From contig NC_057719.1 of the NCBI RefSeq assembly GCF_004010195.1, positions 9,463,112 through 9,527,111 on the forward strand: a stretch of DNA of 64,000 nt, given 5' to 3'. This document shows positions 1-11,220 of this stretch, piece after piece. The first letter of the stretch is position 1. Every line of letters starts with the position of its first letter. Position numbers and translations under genes: made by a program. The notes under the pieces were generated by a model. It saw only the letters and a program-made list of their open reading frames with translations, ran no database searches and was not told where the DNA came from. The stretch is from Chiloscyllium plagiosum. Taxonomy: Eukaryota.

Positions 1-497
1 TGTCCAGCGGAGATTCACACGGATGATCCCTGGAATGGTAGATCTAACATACGAGGAACGGCTGAGGATCCTGGGATTGTATTCATTGGAGTTTAGAAGA
101 TTAAGGGAGATCTAATAGAAACTTACCAAGNNNNNNNNNNNNNNNNNNNNNNNNNNNNNAGGAAATTGTTTCTGTTAGGCGAGGAGACTAGGACCCGTGG
201 ACACAGCCTTAGAATTAGAGGGGGTAAATTCAGAACAGAAATGCGGAGATATTTCTTCAGCTAGAGAGTGGTGGGCCTGTGGAATTCATTGCCACAGAGT
301 GCAGTGGAGGCTGGGACGCTAAATGTCTTCAAGGCAGAGATTGATGAATTCTTGATGTCTCAAGGAACTAAGGGCTACGGGGAGAATGCGAGTAAGTGGA
401 GTTGAAATGCCCATCAGCCATGATTGAATGGCGGAGTGGACTCGATGGGCCGAATGGCCTTACTTCCGCTCCTATGTCTTCTGGTCTTATGGTCTTA
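1..497 (+). mobile_element. CR1-clade LINE 3' fragment (ORF2 C-terminus and 3' UTR), containing an N gap at 131-159
   Basis: Encodes the CR1-type C-terminus (VQRRFTRMIPGM..LTYEERLRILGLYSLEFRRLRG; RTRGHSLRIRGGKFRTEMRRYFF). Ends in aatggccttacttccgctcct plus a (cttatggt)n tail. Confidence 0.9.
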
Positions 498-829
498 TAT
501 TGGTTCTTAAGGGGTTTTGGGCCAACCTGAGGTAGTGAAAGGTGCTACAGAAATGTAATTTCAACCAACAAACATGCAAATTTAGAGCGGGGTAGGCCAC
601 TTCCCCCTTAGCCTTCTGTGCCATCAGTAAAATCATTGATGATTTGATGACTCCATATTCTCACCAAACCATGATGAGCTTTAACCCCCAGAATCTCAGA
701 ATTGTTACAATGCCATTCGGCCCATTGTGCCTGCACTGGCTCTTCAAAAGAGCATCATTATCTTTTGTTAATCTCTTGCCTTTCCCCCATAGCCTCGCAT
801 AATATTTCCAGATAAATAATCATCAATGT

Positions 830-905
830 CAAAAAGTGTGGCACTGGAAAAGCACAGCATCTGAGGACCAGGAGAGTCGGTGTTTCGGCTATAAATCCTT
901 CATCA
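830..905 (-). mobile_element. Penelope terminal-repeat mini-insert (family A) with a degenerate, truncated hammerhead
   Basis: gtgtggcactggaaaagcacagc...gtttcggctataaatccttcatca is homologous to the end of the PLE at 58590-58725. Confidence 0.7.
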
Positions 906-919
906 AAAAGCAGGGATCC

Positions 920-1230
920 CGCAACCGAATTTTGGGGAATTCCACTATAAACCTTCCTCCAGCTGAAAAATATCCATTGACCTTGACTCTCTGTCTCCTA
1001 ACCCTCAGCCGATTTTGTATCTAAGTTAACACAGTCCCTCTTATGACATGACCTATTAGTCTCCTGTTGTGGGGCACTTTATGAAATGCCTTCTGGAAAT
1101 CGACGTACACCACACCACTAGTGTTACCCTCGCCCTTATTGTTAACTCTTCAAAAAAAAAACTGTTAGTCAAACACGATTTCCCCTTTAGAAACTCATGC
1201 TGAATCTTTCAAATCAACCCCCCTTTCTCC
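920..1230 (-). mobile_element. Degenerate CR1 RT fragment
   Basis: Reverse strand shows remnants of FLKGKSCLT and VYVDFQKAFHKVP. Confidence 0.65.
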
Positions 1231-2052
1231 ACGTGTCTGTTAATTCTATTCCGAATTCTATGTGACGACTAGTTCTACTTCAGACTGTGCCTCCACTGCC
1301 ATTTGAGGATGAGAGCTTCCAAGACACATGACCTTTTGAGAGCAAGTAGAAGAGGCAAGATATTTTCCATATCCAACTTGTCAAAGTACCCTTCAGGATC
1401 TTGTATATTGTTGCCTCTTAGACGTCTAAACCCATGTGGATGTAAGCCTAGTCAATCCAATCTTTCCTCATAAGACAACAAGCCCATTCTGGATTCCAGC
1501 CTATCTTTCTTTGGAGACCCAGCAGAATGTTGGGACTGCTGGACTGACTCGACAGACAGCAACATGACAGAAGTTTCTTTTTGTTGATTTGTTGGTTGTC
1601 AGTGTTAATAATAACATAAATGCATATTCATATGTATAATAAGCAAGTATTTGCATGCGGGGGAGAGTGTGGGAGGTGGAAGGATGCTAATTTTAGAACT
1701 GACACATCATTTCCAGGTGTCCTGAGCAACAAACCTGGATTTCTGCAGCCAGGCCTCCGGAGTGAAGCATTGGTGCCAAACCCAATTGTGGATTTCACAC
1801 TCTGAGCTGTGTCACCACCTCCACAATCAACACGATGACAAGCAAGCTGCCGTCCCACCCATCTGGTACTTACCAGCTTTCCTGGAGTCAAAGGACAGGT
1901 TTTCCTGTCTAAATGCCTCAGTAATCCTCAATTTTCAGAATATTTCATTGCAAGGATGTGGATTTTCAAGAACTATTCTTATTAACTCTCATTCGTCTAA
2001 CTGCCTATCCTTCACAATTATACAGGTTCCATCCACTTGTCAGTACTGATTG

Positions 2053-2850
2053 GACAAAAATCACACAACACCAGGTTATAGTCCAACAGGTTTAATTGGA
2101 AGCAGTAATTTTCGGAGCACCGCTCCTTCATCAGGTGGCTGGGAAGTATAAGATTGTAAGACACAGAATTTACAGCAAAAGTTTATAGTGAGATGTAACT
2201 GAAATTATATATTAAAAAAGACCTTGATTGTTTGTTAAGTCTTTCATCTGTTAGAATGACCATGTTGGTCTCAGTTTTTTCATATGTAAATCACAAAACT
2301 TGTTTTAAAAATGGTTACATTCTCTTGTGAACTTTAACAGTTGGTGTCTGCCAGCCCAGATAATGTATTGAAGGTGTGAGTTCCCCTATGTGATACTGGC
2401 TGTGCCCCAATGATTAGATTGATTCTAATCTAAAAAAATGAATTTACAGAATCTTACAAGGATTCATGCAGTTTTTGAGCAAAGTAAAATGTAACTCTGC
2501 AAGTACAAATTCACCCCACACACTTATAGGTGTATGTGTGCATGTGGGTGCGTGTGTAGGGAGGAGGAGGGGAGACGTTGTGAGTGTCTGTGAGAGAGTG
2601 TGGGTGAGTGTGAGTATAAATGGGTATAAGTCTGTGAGAGGGTGCATGTGTGTGTGCATGTATGTGTGTGTATGTGTGCGTGTGTGTGTGTGTGTAGTGC
2701 AATGGGGTCACCTGTAGTGTGACATGAACCCAAGGTACTGGTTGAGGCCACCCCATATGGGTACTGAGCTTAGCTATCACTCTCTGCTCGGCCACTTTTC
2801 GTTGCTGCCTGTCCCGAAGTCCGCCTTGGAGGATGGTCACCCGAAGGTGC
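2053..2850 (-). mobile_element. 5'-truncated Penelope-like element (family B): GIY-YIG C-terminus, CA-rich 3' UTR and terminal repeat with a degenerate hammerhead
   Basis: Minus strand reads LRVTILQGGLRDRQQRKVAEQRVIAKLSTH/GLNQYLGFMSHYR*, resembling the PLE endonuclease end. CUGAUGA-GGAGC/GCUCC-GAAA lies at about 2110-2138. Confidence 0.8.
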
Positions 2851-2869
2851 TAGGACAAGGTTGTTGTTT

Positions 2870-3155
2870 TAAATTCATTCATGGAATGTAGGCACACTGC
2901 CCAGGCCAGAATTTTATTGCCCATCCCTAATTGCATGGGGCAGTTAAGAGTCACATTGAGTCACATGTAATCCAGGGCAGGTAGGGATCATAGCTTATTT
3001 GAACTAGATGGGTTTTCCCTGACAATCAATGGACTCATGGACATCATGAGAATCTTACTTTGTTTTATATTTCATTCAAATTCTGCATGGCGGGATTCGA
3101 ACTGGAATCTCTGGGTTAACAGTTTAGCGAAACTATCACAAAGCTGTCAACTCCC
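2870..3155 (-). mobile_element. tRNA-derived SINE (family sharing its 3' tail with LINE family 2)
   Basis: tttattgcccatccctaattg...gttaagagtca...ggcgggattcgaac; homologous to 13485-13795 and 18541-18888. Confidence 0.7.
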
Positions 3156-3329
3156 CCCAATAGATGTTGAGCGAATTTTGTTGCTAAACTGAGTCTTAAC
3201 CTCAGCCTCAAAAATAAAAGATATCTCTTAGAATGTTAGTCTAGATTGGCTCCCTTCTGTTCCTTCCCTTGGATAAATCTGCACAAGGAATATTAGAATG
3301 TTGGAATTGAGGTACAGCAAGAAGGCAAA

Positions 3330-3770
3330 GTTTATTTTTTAATTCTTTCATGGGACAGGAGTATCGGTGGCTGAGCCAATATTTATTGCCCACTGCCCTT
3401 GAGGTGGTGGAGGGTGAGCTGTCTTCTTGAATTGCTCTGTCCACATCTGTGTGTGGACCCATAATACTATGAGGGAGGGAATTCCCGGATTTTGACCCAG
3501 CGAAACTGAAGGAATGGTGATATATTTCAAAGTTAGGATGGTGAGTGGCTTGGAGCAGAACTCGCAGAAGGTGGTGTTTCCACTAACGTGCTGCCCTTAT
3601 CCTTCCAGATGGAGGTGGTCATGGGTTTGGAAGGTATCTGCCAAGGATCTTTGGTGATATTTCTGCAGGGCATCTTGTAGATAGTACACACGGCTGCTAC
3701 TGAGCATTTGTGGTGGAGGGAGAGTATATTTGTGGATGTGGTGCTAATACAGCTGGATGCTTTCTCATTA
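3330..3770 (-). mobile_element. LINE family 2 (CR1/L2 superclade) 3' fragment
   Basis: Reverse-complement homolog of 5200-5610; minus ORF contains SVAAVCTIYKM. Confidence 0.75.
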
Positions 3771-4849
3771 TTGCAACAGAACAAGTGCAAAAACAAGCAA
3801 TCTTGCTCCAGATGTGCTGAGTTGTTTAGTCCACCCAAGGAGTATTGTGCACATGTTTTGTGTCCATGTCTAAGGTCTTGGAGATGGTATCACGAAGATT
3901 TATGTCATATGAGGCTAAGTAAATAGGAGCAAACATTTGGCATTGTGAAGTGTGCCGAATACAGAAGGTTCTGAAGGGGCTTGTTTGGATTGACACTGGA
4001 GGTCACCTATTCTAGGTGAGGAAATCAGAACATGGGTTGGGGAGCATGAGTTGTTAGGGGGAGTGGCACAGCCTCAGATAAAAAAAGTCAATCAGAGAAG
4101 GAAAATGTTTTCACTAAGAGGATTGCGAATCTTTGAAATTTTCTACTTCAGAGGATGGTGATGCTCCATGATTTAATTATGAATAATTGGATCTCTCGGG
4201 ATATAGGGAGTGGCTGGGAAAGCAGCATGCTGAATAACAGAATGGTTACATCACAGGAGTGGACAACTTGGCCTGTTGAGATCATGCTGGCTCTCCAACT
4301 CACCCAGACCCACTGACCCCCTTTTCCCTGTAGCCCAGCAATGAACATAGAACATAACCCCGCAGTACAGGCCCTTTGGCCCTCAATGTTGCTCCAACTT
4401 TTTCACTTGAGTATGAATTATTGTTGAAGCAGAAGACCAGCCATGATGGTATTGACTGTGGGAGGCGACTCAAGGAAACATTTGGCTACTCCTGTCTCTA
4501 TTTCTTATGGCTATTTTAATCAACCTGCTCAGCCATGTGACAACACACATCTGAAGCGAGAAGAACCCGGGTATCCTGGCCCAGAGTTAGGGATGCTACC
4601 ACTGTACCACAAGAGCCCCTCTATTTCTTGTATGCTTATCATTGTAATTCATGTCCACAGCTGACACTTGGCTCTGTTAGGATCTGCTTTGTGTAGATTT
4701 GTTGTCACCAACCCCTCCTGTAATGTGAGTCCAAGGGGTTTACTCGTATTAAGCAGTGAAGGATGAACTATTAATGTGACTTCAGCAGAAGAGATACATA
4801 CTTGAGTAACAAGAAGTGTTTATTATGAAATAGGAATTGCAAAAAAATC

Positions 4850-5612
4850 TGGACAATATCCATGCTAGGGCTGACAAGTGGCAAGCAAAATTCACGCCAC
4901 ATGAAAGGCAATCACCATCTCCAAAAAAAACTATCTAATCAATACCAATGATGTACCATCACTGAATCTCCCACTATCAACATCCTTGTAGTTACCATTG
5001 ACTCAACTGGACTAGTCATATAAATACAGCAGCTACAATATCAGGTTAGAAGTTGGGAATAAGGCTGCGAGTAATTCATCTCCTGACTCCCTGTCCATCA
5101 TCTAAAAGACAGAATCGGGAATGTGATGGAACATTCCCCACTTGCCTGGATGAACGCAGCTCCAACAATGCTCAAGAAGCTTGAAACCATCCAGGTCAAA
5201 GCAGCCGACTTGATTAATGCTGCATCCACAAACATCCAAGCTCAGTAGCAGCAGTGTGTACTATCTACAAGATGTCCTGCAGATATTCACCAAAGTTGCT
5301 CAGACAGCACCTTCCAAACCACAATCGCTTCCATCTAGAAATACAAGGGCAGCGAATACATGGGAAAACCATCACCGGCAAGTTACCACTTACCACTCTG
5401 ACCTGAAAATATATTGGCTTTCATTCATAGTCATCAGGTAAAAGTCTTAGAACTCCCTCCCTCAGGTCATTGTGGGTCAACCTACAACAGGTGAGCTGCA
5501 ACAGTTCAGGAAGCAGTTCACCACCACCTTCTCAAGGGCAATTCGGGACAGGCAATAAATTTGGCCCAGCCAGCGACACCCACATCCCATGAGTGAATAA
5601 GTATTTAAAAAA
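4850..5612 (+). mobile_element. LINE family 2 (CR1/L2 superclade) 3' fragment
   Basis: Degenerate RT C-terminus (WADKWQ..F, ILVVTID..NWTSHINT, VMEHSPLAWMNAAPT.LKKLETIQ.KAA.LI). 3' end is ggcaataaat...cccacatcccatgagtgaataa followed by an A-rich tail. Confidence 0.85.
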
Positions 5613-5996
5613 AGACAAGAGGTTACATTAGCTTAAGACTGATTAATTACATTTACCTTAGGAAATAGACAGTATCCCTGAAGAATAACTAGATCTACGT
5701 CTGATAGCTCTAGACTATAGAACTGGTGAACAATTAAGAACAAAGTGAGGAGAGCCTGCCACAGACATTATTTACACATTATTGAGTGGAACTGCTGCAG
5801 AGCTTTTGAATTAACCCTTTCAGACCTACTGTCATATGCAATGCTTATTTTCTTAGTAAGATGCTGAGATGGATTATCCACTTGATACTACTGAAAATGG
5901 TTGTAAATGCTTCTGCCTTGGTGTTTGTTCTCACTTGCTGGACTCTTACCATCATTCAAGGACAGGGGATGTTTGTGATCCCTCCTCCAGGCATTA

Positions 5997-6250
5997 GTTA
6001 GAGTCATACAGATGTATAGCATTGTACATCCTTCGGTCCAACCCGTCCATGCCGACCAGATATCCCAACCCAATCTAGTCCCACCTGCCAGCACCCGGCC
6101 CATATCCCTCCAAACCCTTCCTATTCACATACCCATTCAAACGCCTCTTAAATGTTGCAATTGTACCAGTCTCCACCACTTCCTCTGACAGCTCATTCCA
6201 TACACATATCACCCACTGTGTGAAAAAGTTGCCCCTTAGGTCTCTATTGT
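5997..6250 (-). mobile_element. HER1-like CR1 LINE 3' end
   Basis: Reverse strand shows LRGNFFTQ.VV..WNEL and a tail ttggaccgaagg...tatgactctaa. Confidence 0.85.
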
Positions 6251-6385
6251 GGCCTTATGTTGTAGCTTCACTTTATTGCTGCGTATACCTGCAGCTGATC
6301 TTGGCACGTTCGATTATTCTTACCATTGAACTAGGGTTGACATCCTGACTTGATGGTAATGGTAGAATGGGGGATATGCCGGACT

Positions 6386-6595
6386 GAAAATGTGTTGCTG
6401 GAAAAGCTCAGCAGGTCAGGCAGCGTCCAAGGAGCAGGAGAATCGACGTTTCGGGCATGAGCCCTTCTTCAGGAAGGCGTTCGGACTCATGCCCGAAATG
6501 TTGATTCTCCTGCTCCTTGGATGCTGCAACACATTTTCAGCAACACATTTTCAGCTCTGATCTCCAGCATCTGCAGTCCTCACTTTCTCCTCGAA
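6386..6595. mobile_element. Fold-back Penelope mini-element (family A) with a 13-bp TSD
   Basis: The left arm is the reverse complement of the right arm. Flanked by gatatgccggact (6373-6385) and gatctgccggact (6596-6608). Confidence 0.85.
6441..6475 (-). ncRNA. Minimal type I hammerhead ribozyme motif, core intact
   Basis: Minus strand: UUC CUGAAGA A GGGC-UCAU-GCCC GAAA C GUC GAUU. Palindromic ACGU helix III; helix I is only 2 bp. Confidence 0.7.
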
Positions 6596-7547
6596 GATCT
6601 GCCGGACTATCAGGTTCAATGCAATTCAGAAGTTGTTGATGGCCCACAGAGTCTCACGGCTGCCCAGTTTTGAGTTGCTCAATGTTCAACGTCTGCCCAT
6701 TTGGCATGGCGACATGACCGACAGTATCCTGAGCATTCAGGTGGACCTTCATCTCCACAAGAACGGTACAGTTAGAACTCTTACCACAACGGCCACATCT
6801 GTGACAGTTCAGTGACGATGAGGTCTACAATTGTACAAAAGTATGCATTGTTCTCTAAGAGCAGTACAAGGCTATGTGGCTCTGAATGTAGGGTTCAGGT
6901 CAAGTGATGGAGTGATCTGAGTTAGACTGCTTCGATGAAGCATGAAGGAGGTGGTAAATGTGATTAATAATGATGGGAAGAATGAAGAAGACACATTGAC
7001 AATGTGTCAATTAATGGAAAGGATGTGTGCCTTATTCAATGACGCTATATCTCAAGGAGATCAAACCCAGGAGTGGTTTTGTTAATCACCCAGATGACTA
7101 AGAGGACATGTACTCGTGTTAAACAACTTTGAAAACACCTATTCAACAGTGATGATGTAAACCAATTCAAACCATATCACTTTGTCACTTGCACACAACA
7201 GATTGGCCAACCAAAGGGAAATGTCAAATATTTTACACAAAGTTTGCAGACGCAAAACCAATGTAAGAGTCACACAGCACAGAATGAGGTCATTCAGACT
7301 ATCCGGTCTGTTTCAGTTAAGTTTTTCAGTTAACCCCTACAGCCCAGATCTTTCTTCATTGCCCAAAATCATCCTTTCACTTGTATCTTCGACTCTCTTG
7401 CAAAGGTTACAAAGGAATCTGTTTTCAGCATCCTCAAAGGAACGACATTACGTAGTATAACAGTACATTAACAAACCTTCTTTAAATGGTCAAGAGATGA
7501 CAAATTAATGGTTAATCTGTTATGCTATTTAAGATGATTAAAGGGTA

Positions 7548-8070
7548 AAGTCATAGAGTTGTACAGCATGGAAACAGACCCTTCGATCCATCTCGTCCAT
7601 GCTGACCAGATATTCTAAAAAAATCGAAACTCTTCCGATTCATTTACCCTTCCAGATGCCTTTTAAATGTTGTAACTGTATCACCCTCCACCACTTCCTC
7701 TTTCCATACACGTCCCACCCTCAGCATGAAAAAGTTGCCTCTCATAAATCTTTCACCTTAAACATATGCCCTCTAGTTCTGGATTCCCACAGCCTGAGAG
7801 AAAGACCTTGATAATTCACTCTATCTATGCCCCTCATGATTTTATAAACCTCTGTAAGATCACCCCTCAGCCTCCGAAGCTCCAGGGAAAATAGTCCCAG
7901 CCTATTCAGCGTCTCCCTATAGCTCAAATCCTCCAACCCCAGGAACATCCTTGCAAATCTTTTCTGAACCCTTTCAAGTTCAGCACCTTCCCTATAGCAG
8001 GGAGACCAGAACTGAATGCAGTATTTCATAAGTGGCCTGACCAATGACACTCAATTCCTATACTTGATGT
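7548..8070 (-). mobile_element. HER1-like CR1 LINE 3' fragment
   Basis: ORF 7742-8050: LVRPLMKYCIQFWSP...LERVQKRFARM...LGLFSLELRRLRGDLTEVYKIMRG. Confidence 0.9.
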
Positions 8071-8169
8071 AAATGAAAAGGTAATCTTTCCTCTGGCTGG
8101 GGCAGCAAGTATTTCCTCCTTTAAGCCCACAACATCGCAATACCAGTATTTAGTCAATTCGAATCACTC

Positions 8170-9610
8170 TACATGGTTGGAAGCATTGGATACTGCAAAG
8201 GTTATAGTCCCTGACCACATTCCAGCAGTAATACTGCAGACGTGTACCCCAGAGCTTGCCTCTCCCCTAGCCAAGCTCTTCCAGTGGAGCTACAACACCT
8301 ATCTGACAATGTGGACAATTGTCCAGTGATGTTCTGTCTATAAAAGCGTGCATAAATCCAATCCATCAATTACTGTCCCATCAATGTGCTCATCAGTAAA
8401 GTGATTATGAGAGTTTGTCCATAGTGCTACCAGCACTTGCAAAGGAATAACCTGCTCAGTGATGCCCAGTTTGGCTTCTGAGATGAGCCAGTCGACTCCT
8501 GAATTCATTATAGCCTTCACTCAAACATGGAAAGAAGTGCTGATTTCCAGAGGGGAGGCATGACTGAGTACTCATTGTCAAGATTGCATTTGACCGAGTG
8601 TGGCATCAAGGAGCCCGATCAAAACTGGAATCAATGGGAATCAGAGGAAAATTCTCTGCTGATTGAAGTCAGACCTGGCACAAAGGAGGATACATGGGGG
8701 TGTCAAAGGGCAATTATTGCAGTCCAAGATTATCTCTGCTGGAGTATTGCCCTCAGCTCAAACATATTCACCTGCATCATCTCTGAGTATACCTCAATGT
8801 AAGATCCAAATTGGGGGTTGGTCATTGATCATCAGCCCGATTCACAATTTCTTAGATACTGAAGACGTCCATGAGCAACATCCAGGTTTGCACTGATAAG
8901 TGGCAAGCAACATTTGTACCACACAGATGCCTGGCAATGACCGTCTCTTACGAGAGAGAATCTAAGCATTGCCCTTTGACATTCAATGGCACGGCATCAC
9001 TGAATTCCCCAATACTAACATTCTAAGGGTTAATATCAACCAGAAACTGACTGGACTTGCCAAATAAATACAGTGGCAGTAACAGCAAGCCAGAGGCGAG
9101 TGATGTTGCTGTGAGGAACTCACTTAATGACTCCCCAAAGCCTGGCCACCATATAGAAGGAATAAATTATGCAATGGAAATCCAGTTGCCTCGATGGCTG
9201 CAGCTCCAACAACACTCAAGAAGCTCAACACCATCAAGGAGAAAGTAGTTTTCTTGTCAAGCACCCATGCATCATCTTCAGTCCCACTCCCTCCACTAGT
9301 GAAACACAATGACAGCAATGTGTACCAACTACAAGATGTATTACAGTAACTCACCAAGGCACCTCCAACAGCACCTTCCAAACCCACAGCCATGACCATC
9401 TGGAAAGACAAGGGCAGCAGATACGTGAGAACATCGCCACCTGAAAGCTTCCCTCCAAGCCACATAGTATCCAAGCTTGGGAACTTATTACCATTCCTTC
9501 ATTATTGCTGGATAAAGTTCCTGGAACTCTCTCCTTAATGACAGCGCAGTGTCCCTACATCAAAGGGGCTGCACCTTCTTCAAAGCAATTATGGATTGGC
9601 AATAAATGCC
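8170..9610 (+). mobile_element. Degenerate LINE family 2 copy (RT region to 3' end)
   Basis: Remnants PLAKLFQWSYNT, NNLLSDAQFGF, AFDRVWHQG and DKWQ; tail gggcaataaat-like. Confidence 0.8.
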
Positions 9611-9644
9611 ATGATCCCTCCTCTGATGAATAACTGAGAATGAT

Positions 9645-10000
9645 GGGCATAGTGGTAATGTCACTGCACTAGTAATCTAGAATCCCAGGGTGACATTCTG
9701 GGAGCGTGGGTTCAAATCCTACAATGGCAAAGGGTGTAATTTGAATTCAGTAAAAATCTGGAATGACAAGCAAGTTGACTGTCCCAGAATTAGGCTTAGT
9801 GATATCCAGTTAGGGAAGAAAATCTGCCATCCCTACATAGTCTGGCCTACATGCAACTCCAGACCCACAGCACTGCAATTGACTCTTAACTGCCCTCTGA
9901 AATGACTCTCTCCAGTCAGTTCAAATGGCAGCCATGAATGGGCAATAAATACTGGCACAGCCCGTGATCCTCTGATCCCGTGAATGAATAAAAATAAAAC
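9645..10000 (+). mobile_element. tRNA-derived SINE (LINE family 2 partner)
   Basis: A-box-like ggcatagtggtaatg and B box ggttcaaatcc. Body ggtctggcctacatgcaactccagacccacagc; tail gggcaataaat...gaatgaataaaa. Confidence 0.8.
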
Positions 10001-10850
10001 TGGAACAAGGTTATTCGGATTAATGTCTACATTCTTTCCTCCTCCTGAAGGCAAGTAGCGACCCAGCAATTGCTTACCCAAACATTGTTGAGCTATGTGG
10101 GGTGGGGGGGGAAGATGTGGTGATTGTCAATCAACTGGAAGCTTGAGAAAGGCTGCCATGATAAAGAGAAAGCATCCCAGTTCCATTAAGATACTTTCTC
10201 TCGCAGCCTAATCAAGTGTTAGGAGTTCAAGTCCAGATATTCTTTGAGAAATATTGTCACAGACACAACCTAATCAAATGCGCTTTACCAGAAGGAATCA
10301 ATAAACAATGAGCCAGAAATTGAACATTAAATAGATAACAGAAGGATAAGATTTTAGAAAGATCCCCCTTCAAACACTTAGTGAGTACTGAGGAAAAGTA
10401 TGAATATTTTTGCACTTGGAGTGTATTCCAAAGATCTCTGAGAGCTGGTGTCGGCCTCACAATAGAGCAGATTTAGGTACTGTTTACAGTGCAGCTGGGA
10501 ATTTGCATTTGTTGAGAATTTTGCAGCAGATGCTGGTTCACATTTACATATTTTGAACAGCGGGTAAGCTGCTTTCTCTCATCCTGGTTTAGATTCAACA
10601 CATTCCCGGCAGCTGGGCTCAATTTAGAAGGAGTACTTTTTCTTCGTTTTTGTTTTGTCGGGGAGCGAGTTAACACTGCCTTCTGGTGCCCACCAATCCA
10701 GTTCTATTCGCGAGGGTCTCAGAGACCACTCTGAGCCAGGAGGCTATAGGAGACCACTCTGAGGCAAGAGGCTGTAGGAGATCACTCTGAGGCAAGAGGC
10801 TGTAGGAGACCACTCTGAGGCAAGAGGCTGTAGGAGATCACTCTGAGGCA

Positions 10851-11220
10851 AAGTTAAAAATCACACAACACCAGGTTATAGTCCAACAGGTTTAATTGGA
10901 AGCACGCTAGCTTTCGGAGCGGTGCTCCTTCATCAGGTGATAGTGGAGGGCTCGATCGTAACACAGAATTTATAGCAAAAATTTACAGTGTGATGTAAAT
11001 GAAAATACACATTGAAAAATTGATTGTCTGTTAAGCCTTTCATCTGTTAGAATACAGTGATAGTTTCACTTTTTTCATGTGTAAATCACAAAACCAATTT
11101 TTTAAAGTTGCATTCTCGGGTTAGCTGTTAACAATGGTGATAGCTAGACAATATGTTGAAGGTGTTAGACCCCTGTGTTCTCTGTCTATGCCATGATGTT
11201 TAGATTATCACTGTATTTAC
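10851..11220 (-). mobile_element. Penelope family B 3' fragment inserted in the minisatellite
   Basis: aaaaatcacacaacaccaggttatagtccaacaggtttaattggaagca... is colinear with 2056-2420. Confidence 0.85.
10905..10939 (-). ncRNA. Minimal type I hammerhead ribozyme motif (family B)
   Basis: Minus strand: CAC CUGAUGA A GGAGC-ACC-GCUCC GAAA G CUA GCG. Palindromic AGCU helix III; one mismatch in helix I. Confidence 0.65.

Noticed and set aside
2444..2751. His/Thr-rich ORFs
   Set aside because: They are translations of the CA/TG-rich PLE UTR.
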